A DNA stretch of 44,757 nucleotides, counting the filler, from Jimgerdemannia flammicorona (Eukaryota): the NCBI GenBank assembly GCA_003990765.1. It is 2 parts of 2 records of this genome, joined end to end, with 100 filler letters (N's around TTAATTAATTAA, not from the genome) between each part and the next. Parts side by side here need not be neighbours in the genome. Positions count along the whole stretch, not along the records: positions 22,430 to 44,757 come from RBNJ01001297.1; 1 more part is not named here. One strand, 5' to 3'. A program made the translations under genes and the position numbers. The notes under the pieces are model-generated. The model worked only from the letters and a program-made list of their open reading frames with translations. It had not been told where the DNA came from and did no database searches. This document shows positions 35,301 to 44,757 of this stretch, piece by piece; the stretch's first letter is position 1; each line of letters starts with the position of its first letter.

Positions 35301-37512
35301 GGTGATGTCTGATTCTTGTTCCTCCTCATCATTACTGTCAGCTTGAAGCTCTGGGGGCTAGTCATCTTCTTCAGCTTTCCTTTTTATTTCAGTGGCTTCT
35401 TGCTCATATTTCTGTTGGCAGATTTTCCTGACTTCACTGATATAGGACCAGCAGTCATTCAGGTCTTCAGAGCAGTATATCCTAGTATCATGGGGGCATC
35501 TTTCTTGAGGGACATACCCATCAATGATCTTATTGTACCACTGCTCATCTGTGAGCTTGGGTGTCTTGTTCTTATTCTTATTCACCGAGTGCATGAAGAC
35601 CTCTGTATCTTCTTCATCTCCTTTCTCCATATCTGGTAGAACTCCTTTGTAGACATTGATAGAGACTCATACCTTTTTTCCTCTGTAGTTGATCTGCATC
35701 TTCTGGGCATTGAGGTCAATGATGGCCTTGGCCTTGTGAAGCCATTGGTTGCCAATGAGAATATCATAGTTGGTAGCACTTGTGACAATCACATCTACTG
35801 GGATGGTAGCTCCTCCTATCTTGATGGGGACTTCTCAGATTTTGCCAAAGGGGGTAGCTTGTGTACTATCTGCTGTGATATAGACCATCTTGATGGACTC
35901 TTCAATATCCCAGCCTAGGTAGTCAATTGCCTTCTTACTTATAAGGCATCCTCTAGCACTAGTATCAATGATGGTATCAAAGATACAGTCTTCAATCTGA
36001 CATAGAGTATAGGCTGATGTCTTGTACTGGTCTTCAGACTCTTCACCTGAGTTCTCAGATTCTTTCTGTACATTGTGAGCTTCTACAATCTTGTACTCTT
36101 GATTCTTGGTGGTAGTTGCCAGTCCTACTCTCAACTATTATCTAAAGGCAGAGACTTCAGTTAGCTATCCAAAAGTAGCATTGATCTTCTGTTCCTTGAG
36201 GTCCTTGTAGATATCATACTGGTGGATCTTGGTCTTGTACAGCTTCTGTTCCTTCTTACTTTTGCTTTCTCCTGAGACTGGAGTAGTGTCTTCAATGATT
36301 TGGCAGGCAGCTTCATTTAACTCTATGTCTTAATCAATCTCCTCAGGTTGGGTCTTGCTTTGAATAGTGATAGCTAGGGTCTTCTTTAGTCTTCCAACTG
36401 GCTTGCTGTTACTCTTCTTGTCATAGGGCTTGGACTGGGTTCTGGTACCTTCAGTAGCAGAGTAGAATTTGAGCTCCTCATAGTATTCTTCATCATCAGT
36501 GCCACCAATCTCCTTGATGACTACTGTATTGGTTTGTTCTCTGGTTCTGCTAGCATTGCTTGGTTGGGCTTTGTGTCTTGTTTCAGTCATGCAATTCTTT
36601 GCATAGTGGTCTTCTTCTCCACATCTGAAGCATGTGATATTGCATTCTTCTATAGCAGCTGCAAATCTCTGCACTGGTCTCCTGTTGGCACTTCAGACTT
36701 CTCTAACAATATCACTAAGGTGTGCAGTCATCTCAGCAAACTGCTTGGTGAGTTCCTCCACTGGGTCAGCTTTGGCTATCTTGGGGGTAGATGGGGTTAG
36801 TTGTCTGTTTACAACTGTAGCAGGTAAGATACTAGTTGGCTTTGATGACTCTATCTTGATGCCAGTTATTTTCTCCATTGAGTGTTCAGCAGGGTGTCTG
36901 ACAGTCCAATATCTCTGCAAAGATCACTTTCTGATCAAGGGTCAGTGCAGCTGGAGTAGACTGAATTACTAGGGCAATTTCAGGATAAACTCCTTTGAGG
37001 AAGGTTGAATCTGCTATTTGTTCCTTGAGGTGGTCATCATAGCCAGCCAAGACAATCTGATGGTAGATTTGGATATAAAATGAGTTGGGATCTTCACTAA
37101 GTCCCTGGTAGATAGTATTGAGTTGATCTTTGAGAGCTTGCTTGATCTCTTCAGTATAATATGTTATTCTGAGGAAGGTCTTCATGTTGACAAGTTTGGC
37201 TGCACTAGCATTAGTAATGGTAGCTGTATTGAACTTGTCTCTGGCAGATTCTCCGAGGCTGACTGGTAGAAGGGCCAATTGTATATCCACACCAAGGGCT
37301 CATATGGCAGCAAATTGTTCAAAGTCTTCAATGAAGATCAGGATTGACTCTTCAGTAGTATATTCATAGAATGTGGGGGGATGCATTTCCATCTTGTCTT
37401 GAATTCTTGCAGGGGTGACTCTTATAGTCAGAGCAGTTATTGTGGGGGTTGTTCATTTTTCAGCTTGAAAGTGAGAGATTTGTCTTGAATCACCAGCCAA
37501 TGGGCACCAAGT

Positions 37513-39024
37513 TGTCACATAGTAGTCACTGAGTTCTTCAAATATGCCAGATTCTCTTCAAGATATATCTCTTAGACTAACTCAAGTTTGTTATAAGCAA
37601 GTTCTTATTGGAGTGTCTTCCCAAGGTCTTATAGTTTATCTTTAAACTGTCTTGTTATCTCTTAGATTACTTGCAAGGAAGTGTGTGTATTGTACTGAGA
37701 GGAACTGACTTTATTTCAGAGGAAATAAGAGGGATATTTATACAAAATATAATCCAATAGTTGTTAAGATATAAAGCTAAATATAAATTTCAATAACTAA
37801 AACTACTAAGTTCCAGGGTCAGCACTGATGGTTGTACAGATTCAGGATGCTGGTATAATTCAATATTACATCAGAATACTGGTACTGGAACAATTTCACA
37901 TCACCTCAGAATGCTGGTGCTGGTATTATTCAGTGTAATAAAGAACTTAGAGCAGAAAGTTCAGAATCATGAGGGCTTCATCCTTGTCATCACTGAAGGA
38001 GATGAGATCTGCAAATTTATTATATAGGTCACACGTTTTGTATACTTTGCTTGCTTCATCATGTATTTTATATATGTCAAAGTCACATGGGATGACATCA
38101 TCACTGATGATGTCATCATATTTGGTGGCAGAAAGAAGGTCTGAGGCTCTTCAGTCTATGAGGTTCTCTTCCACAAAATAGGAAACAAATGTGGAGTCTT
38201 GGGGAGGTCTAATCTGGATGCTTGGGCCTTAGAATACTGAGATCAACCTTTGTAGGAATTGGTCTGGGTTGTCCTGGAGGATGGAATACTAGAAATCTTC
38301 TACTTTATCACTATTGAGAGTAATAGTGGACTGGGCTTCTATAGCCACCTTGGCTTTTAGTGCATTGATATGGCAGGATGATAGATCTCTAAAATCTGAG
38401 ACTCTAATATACTCCAAGTTAGAGATCAACCATGGTATATGTCTGAAGATCTAATAGATCTTCTTAGCTATTCTCATTTCATATATATCTATGAGAGTGG
38501 CATCTTGTAGCTCTTGAGTGCTGGCCTGTGGGAACTCCCAGCAGAGGAGGTTTCTTATTTCATACTCTTGCCATATTTGGAGATATTTGGTAGTAATGGT
38601 AATCCTTGTTTCCATTTTATAGTAGTAGAGGATATAATGATAAGGGTCACCAGTACCCAGATTGACACTAAGAGTCCTTCTTGAGTGAGTCCTCATGGCT
38701 CTTCTGATGTCTTGGAACATTCTTTCTTTGATCGAGGTGCCTTGGTGGTTCCTTGACCTTGAGGTTTGGTGGGCAGTAGACATTTTGTTTATAGTAAGTC
38801 TTTGAGCTATTTTGGAATTGGTGGGTCTTGTTGGTTGCTGTTACTGCAGTTCCTTGATCCTTTTTTATATTCCTCAGAATGCTTGTACTGTGGTCACAAT
38901 GACTCACAGTTGGTCATCATTGCTCATCTTGTATGCCGTATAATCTTCTTGTGCTCCAATCTGGTGGCTTGCAAGGAAAGACTGTCTCCTGTGCTGATGT
39001 CATCATTCTGAGGTCACCATTATA
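37513..39024 (-). repeat. 5' LTR of dUTPase-gypsy copy 2 (1512 bp)
   Basis: Collinear with 18882-20378; terminal TG mutated to TA. Confidence 0.9.
37947..38783 (-). pseudogene. LTR-internal ORF, 278 codons (copy 2)
   Basis: Single frame from MSTAHQTSRSR to MILNFLL*. Its four internal stops are each Gln or Trp in copy 1. Confidence 0.85.
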
Positions 39025-39320
39025 ATAATATAATTATATATAAATATATCTAATATATTATATTTGATCATAATCTCAATTTGTATAAATACTCTCTATA
39101 CTGAGTACATTGTAACCTCAGCTCTGCTTTCTCTTTTCAGGAATAAAGAAGTATTCTTATCAAGAACCCTCAGATCTAACTTGTTAATAATTCTAAGTCT
39201 AATCAACTTAGAATATAAGTATAGTACTTTTGCCTAATATAAGAATCTGAAAGTGATATTTAGATTATACTATAGTATTTGATTTTCTACAGAGATATTC
39301 AGAGTCCTCTCTCTATTGGC
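39025..39320 (+). repeat. Highly decayed AT-rich repeat remnant, possibly an LTR
   Basis: CpG-free and TpA-rich, with TATAAATA followed by AATAAA; no partner in the window. Confidence 0.3.
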
Positions 39321-40302
39321 CCCAATCAATTATTTTGTATACGTCAGCACAAATAAACAAACTCGTAATACACGCACATTACAATCTTAACTAATAAATA
39401 ACGGTTGTGAACGGTCAAATCACGTTAGAGACGTCGAGACAAAAACATATCTAATCCTAGCTTTCTTTCATTCACACCGAGCTAGCATGGCGATTGCAAA
39501 ACAGTGGGATAATAAAATCCCCCCGCACACATTGGCGTGCCACAGGTGCGTCGTAAAGGCAAAGGGCTCGGAGTACACTGTTGGTAAGGCAAACCGCTAT
39601 ACTGTCGGATACGTTCTGTCGGAATGCTCAAATGGGTTTCAGTATACGTACACTACGGTGCGCTTGTATTGATGACACGGCGTCCGATCGACATAGACAT
39701 GCAACCTGTCCGTTTCCGGCTACGCGGATGCACACGACTTACTGTGCGATTTGAAGGAAGCAAAGCAAAGGGTGGCAGAAACGCCAAAAAAAAAGTCGGT
39801 CCCGAAAAGCGGGCACTTACCAATCTGGTTCACGAATCCAAACAGCGATCAATGCCAAAGCTTCAGAGCCGATAAAAGGTCAGAGTTTTTGCAAGAGGTA
39901 CCATTAGACTTGCCCAATTGAATGGTCGATATACGCAGACAGACCGGCCTACGTTAAACAATTAAAGCCGCCCAACTTGCCATAGGCGCTGCCGCCATCA
40001 TCCTCAACTCAAGACCATCATTCGGTATATCGCAGTGCGACGACTTATGTTTGATGTGCAGTGCCCAGGCGTATCCCATAATTTGGGATCCATCACGGGA
40101 CAAACTTTATGGAGACAATTATAATACGAATCTATCTTTTATTATTATAATGTCACTTCTGAAGAGCCAGAGTACTATATCGAAGGTGATGCACAAGTTC
40201 AAAATAACTCAATCCGTACCCATACCCAAATTACAAATCGGATCACTCCATCCTTCTCCCACCGGACCGCAACGACACGGCAATCCCGAGAACCTGCGTT
40301 GA

Positions 40303-42510
40303 TCAAGGCGAGACGACCTCGGACGGCGTCTGTTGAGCGTGATCGGAAATGAGAACAAGAATCGTAAATCGTGAGTAACAAAACGACGTAATGGAAGGTC
40401 AAGGGAGGGAGGATCCCAGCACACACTCACCACGTAGAAGACACACCATCTACCTGTCGCCTTTCGACCGTTGAGGAGAAACGTTAGCTACTGCTGGTCG
40501 CAAGAGGGAAATAAAACAAGGAGGTAACGGCATCACGCATCCTCTCCCAATACGCAGCAATCCTCCCCGCGTACACTCAAACCTCCACATAATACTCACC
40601 ACCCTCCTCGCCCTAACGACCTCGCATACCCTCTCTCCTCCACCTTCGCTCTCATCCCTCGCCGTCGGCCTGCTCAGATACAGCTGCACGTCCGTCAGGA
40701 ACGTCCATGAGGCTCCAAGACCGGGCTTGGTATTGGTGGCGGCGAAGGCCGAGAGCGGGAAGGACGGCGTGGAGGAGACGGAGGAGGTGACGACCTGGAG
40801 AGGTAGAGGTTGGGATAAGGTGAGACTTAAACAAGTGTAGATGGATAGAGTTTAAAGCGAGAAGGTAAGCGGGGCGTACCACATACCAGGATAGCGATGT
40901 GGTGGGCCGTGGCGAGGGAGCGAAGGGAACGCGCGAAAGTTGTCATGAGGGCGTGGCCTTTTGTGGAGGGAGGGAGGAGAGGAGATGAGCGTGAGAGGCG
41001 GGCGTTATAATGACTTGCGCTCACCGCGACGAATCGTGCATACGCATATTCTACCCCAACCCCACACGTAATTGCATCCCACACACGTACCCTGACTCTG
41101 CGTGGCGGTCAGCAAGGTCGACAGGACGGCAGAAGCCGAGTCTACGACCACGAGGCGAAGGTTTGCGTGGAAGGGGTCGTCTTCTGGCTGTTGGGGTGAT
41201 GGGGGCGGGGAAGGGATAAATCATCAAGAAAGCGCTAGGTAACATGAAGCCGAGGAAGGCAAAGGGCTCACCCTTATCTCGGTGTCGAGGATTGCGTATC
41301 TCACGTCCTCGATCGCTGCGAGGACAGCATGCACATCGAAGCATTTCGCGTGGCGGATGCGGCAGAGGGCCGCGATGGGATCCTGACGGGGAGGGGGGAC
41401 GAGTGCGGGGAGAGGATAAAGGAGCGTTATTGCGAGGAGGAGGGGGGGAAGATGTTGAGTGTTTGGCGTGACGGGTGGGGCTTTTAGGGTCATGCCGCTT
41501 GGGTGCTCCTGACTCCCTCGGAAGACATCAAAAACAAAACGTTGCCGCAATTCAGTCTTTCTATTTAACATCCTCCCATCCACCCCATTTTAAAATGAAA
41601 GCTATCGAACGCACCATACCGCCCTTTCTTGCCTCCTCGAACCTTCCCGCCCTCGCGAGCAAGTCTCGCACACGCGCGGGCTCGAAGGTGTTACAGGTGT
41701 CAATGTACAGCACGGCGGCGGTTGGGTCGGCGGCGAGGGTTGTGGCGATGGTAAAGAAGGCTAACTGTCAAGCGATGCCGAGGGGTAGTGGTTTGTGAGC
41801 AGGTAAATCGGCAAAAGCTATGATTAGTTGAGTTAGAAGCCTTTACCTGGGTTTTTCCCGAGGCACTCGGGCCGGCCAGCTCAGTAATCTCACCAGTAAG
41901 CATTCCGCCATCGAGGAGGGAATCGATGCTGGGAGGCAGGGTGAACAAAGGAGAGCGGAATTAATGTTGAGTATGAGTTGCTTGCACCGCTTTCTTTCTC
42001 CTCGTTTATCAGCTCGACACAGCGTAAACATTGCTACCGAAGTGGAATATTCACCGGTTGCACCCAGTGCTCAGGCATCGTTCTTTCTGTTCCAGTTCGA
42101 GGAACAGGTCGTCAGCCCTGACTGGTGCAGCCTTACATTCGTTGATGACGTCGTCGCGGAAGGCGCGGATGGTCTGCGGGTGAAAACGAGGTTAGCGAGC
42201 GCGCCGAGATATGTCTATATGTAAAAGCAAACTATATAATGTAATGGCGATATTGGGTGGTGGTGAATACCTGTAGGGAGAGTTTTGTGTTTGATGTAAT
42301 GTAGTTGTCGTCGGCGAGGAGGAGGCTTTTATCTTGGGTAACGAGGTATGGGTTGAGAGAGAGAACTGGGGGAAGGGAACCTGAGGGTGTGTATGTCAAA
42401 CTCGATTAGCTACCTGATTTTATGCCAATTGCGTCGAGTTGAGCGATGGTGTCCTTGTGGAATGCCAGCAATGGGTCGAGATCGGCTGCGATGGAGCGTA
42501 GAGGAGGCAT
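40303..42510 (-). CDS. RAD51D: RAD51 paralog, RAD51D-like (multi-exon)
   Basis: Exons give LSTGCNR/IDSLLDGGMLTGEITELAGPSASGKTQ (Walker A), VLYIDTCNTF, LRLVVVDSASAVL (Walker B), GHALMTTFARSLRSLA and KPGLGASWTF. Predicted last exon TPSEVVSP*. Paralog assignment is by motif recall. Confidence 0.8.
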
Positions 42511-42724
42511 GACAACAAAATGCACGCGACGCGAAATGGACGGATTTCCGGGGTGGTGACGTATGTCGATTGATTTATTGATTTCCCGGGATGGTGACGC
42601 ACATGGATTGATTTCCCGGGATGGGGATGACCTCACCCTCTCGGAAATCAACAACTCACAACGGACGTCACCCACCCCACCCAACCCCACTCAAAGGACA
42701 GGCGCCATACTCCTTCTCACAACA
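42511..42724. promoter_or_regulatory. Compact bidirectional promoter
   Basis: 214 bp between divergent ATGs. Three copies of GATTTCC(C)GGG(A/G)TGG at 42543, 42580 and 42610; ACGCGACGCGAAA near 42525. Confidence 0.7.
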
Positions 42725-44757
42725 ATGCTGCGCGTCCTCGCACAAACACAGTCCATCCGGAGAGTGCCCGCCATTCTCAGAGACGTCGGAGGTACAGACT
42801 TTTTGAGATTTCGCCGTCTCCATTCTATCCCGCGTTGAATGCCTTTGTCACTTGAAATCGACGGACTGGCATATCAAAACCTCTCGGTGTTTGCGTCGGC
42901 TTCAATGGCCACCCAACAGCGCCCCCCCCCCCCAGCCTATTATCGTTCACACAACATTATATACCGCTCCCATTACTCAGCCAGCCGCACCTTCAGCTCA
43001 ACCGTCCACAGAAAGGCCGAGGTCGAGGTCTTTGTCGACGGCAAACCCGTTATGATTGAGCAAGGGTCCGCCCTGATCCAGGCCTGCGAGAAGGCCGGCG
43101 CAAATGTATGTGTTAATTTTTAAAAGTCCATCACATTTCGGGCGTGGAGGGTGGAGGACTGCTATGATTACCAGGGGCGCATTATACTGGGTCAATTAAT
43201 TTTGTGTTCTCCCTCCCACACTCTCTTCGCCGTAGATTCCGAGATTCTGCTACCATGGTACGTTTAATATGGCCTTGTATTTGCTTGTGTTTTAACTGAG
43301 AGGGACCCACTCACGCTAGGATGCTTACTGATTACATACACTTCTTCATCCGCTCCAGAGCGCCTCTCCGTCGCGGGCAACTGCCGCATGTGCCTCGTCG
43401 AGGTCGAAAAGTCGCCCAAACCCGTCGCCTCTTGCGCCTTTCCTGTAATGCCCGGAATGAAGGTCAAGACGAGCACGCCTCTAGTTCACAAGGCGCGCGA
43501 GGGTGTGATGGAATTCTTGCTCGCCAACCATCCCCTCGACTGCCCAATTTGCGACCAAGGCGGCGAGTGCGACTTGCAGGATCAGTCCGTACGCTATGGC
43601 TCCGACCGCGGCCGCTACCACGAGCTCCGCGGCAAGCGCGCGGTCGAGGACAAAGACCTCGGTCCCCTTGTCCAAACCGTCATGACCCGCTGCATCCACT
43701 GCACCCGCTGCGTCAGGTTCGCGAATGAGGTCGCCGGCGCCGACGAGCTCGGCACTGCGGGAAGGGGAAACGACATGCAGATTGGGATGTACGTCGAGAA
43801 AACTATCAGCTCGGAAATGTCTGGCAACATTATCGACCTCTGTCCAGTCGGTGCCCTCACTTCAAAGCCATACCAGATGACCGCACGCCCTTGGGAGCTC
43901 AAGCGCACGGAGACCATCGACGTGCATGATGCGGTGGGGTCCAACGTGCGTGTCGACTCGCGCGGCGTTGAGGTCATGCGCGTCGTCCCAAGGCTCAACG
44001 ATGACGTCAATGAGGAATGGATATCAGACAAAACTCGATTCGCTTACGACGGACTCAAGCGCCAGCGACTCACCATCCCGCTTGTACGCCAGGGTGACCG
44101 ATTCCTACCCGCCACGTGGGAACAAGTGCTCCGCCTCGTCGCTGAAAAGATCACAAGCGTACCCGGCGAGAACGTCAAGGCCGTTGCAGGGCACACTGCC
44201 GACGCCGAGTCCCTCGTAGCGCTCAAGGACTTGCTTAATAGGCTCGGTTCCGAGAATCTCGTCGTCGACTCACCAAACCCAATCCCCGCACATGGGACAG
44301 ACGTCCGCGGGAACTACCTCCTAAACACCACCCTTGCCGGCGCGGAGGAGGCAGATCTCGTGCTATTGGTAGGGACAAACCCGAGACACGAGGCCCCCAT
44401 CCTCAATACGCGGTTGAGGAAGGCATATCTGCACAATTGGCAGGACATGGCCGTCGTGGGACAGCCTGTGGATTTGACGTACGAGTATGAGCATCTTGGG
44501 ACCGGACCGGAGGGGTTGAATAAGGTGTTGAATGGGAGCAGTGAGTTCGCGAAGAAGCTTAAGAATGCAAAGAGGCCTATGGTCGTCGTTGGGTCGGCGG
44601 TCGCGGAGAATTCGAGGGACGCTGAGGTCGTGTTTGGGAAAGTGACGGAATTGGTTGAGAAGAATGCGGATAAGTTCTTCCAGAAGGGGTGGAATGGATT
44701 CAACGTCCTGCAGAGGGTAAGTCCCCTCCCCCCTCCTTTTTTTTTTTTTTTTTTTTT
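42725..44757 (+). CDS. NDUFS1: NADH:ubiquinone oxidoreductase 75-kDa Fe-S subunit, 5' part (runs off the window)
   Basis: Mitochondrial presequence [94 protein letters not shown] and [13 protein letters not shown] introns. Confidence 0.97.

Larger units (their letters stand above)
27060..39024 (-). mobile_element. dUTPase-encoding Ty3/Gypsy element, copy 2 (near full length, four nested inserts)
   Basis: 5' LTR 37513-39024, PBS, gag with CFRCGEEDHYAKNC, PR, dUTPase, RT, RNase H (QTDVS, KLECLAVVW, TDHSAL), integrase (ECDKCQK, YHPQGNGQIERTNKTLK, KLEPKWEG). PPT caggaggaaga at 27219-27229 and 3' LTR start at 27060-27218. Confidence 0.95.

Noticed and set aside
39006..39019. TGGTGACC(C/T)C resembling a tRNA-Trp PBS (also at 20364 and 27204)
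   Set aside because: It lies 5 nt inside the LTR start and follows the PPT in the 3' LTR; the real PBS is at 18871/37502.
18882..39024. LTRs at 18882-20378 and 37513-39024 as the two ends of one giant element
   Set aside because: Both are followed by a PBS and gag, so both are 5' LTRs; the true 3' LTR of copy 2 begins at 27218.
43321..44703. Alternative-frame and antisense ORFs over NDUFS1
   Set aside because: Shadows of a GC-rich, codon-biased coding exon.

Overview
Eukaryotic, intron-containing genomic DNA. Gene content and style suggest an early-diverging fungus such as a Mucoromycota, but that is inference. Two CpG-rich gene islands hold four host genes. At ~4.7-11.0 kb are a NAT8/camello-like GNAT acetyltransferase broken by one in-frame TAA and a triple-SH3 CIN85/CD2AP-like adaptor. 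At ~39.3-44.8 kb are RAD51D and the complex I 75-kDa subunit, head-to-head. The rest is CpG-depleted, C>T/G>A-hypermutated nested transposons: a self-priming Ty3/Gypsy 5' end, a chromovirus integrase relic, two copies of a dUTPase-encoding Ty3/Gypsy family, several L1/Tx1-like LINE pieces, three hAT MITEs and two orphan TSD-flanked inserts. An artificial 100-bp N/TTAATTAATTAA spacer at 22330-22429 means the two halves may not be contiguous. The best candidate for a new system is the dUTPase-gypsy family. Its 1.5-kb LTR carries its own TATA box and a ~275-codon sense ORF, held in one frame in both copies, so it looks like an LTR-resident accessory gene. Other leads are an RT-less LINE, a TSD-flanked 9-bp minisatellite cassette sharing a 45-bp module with that LINE, and RIP-like non-CpG mutation.
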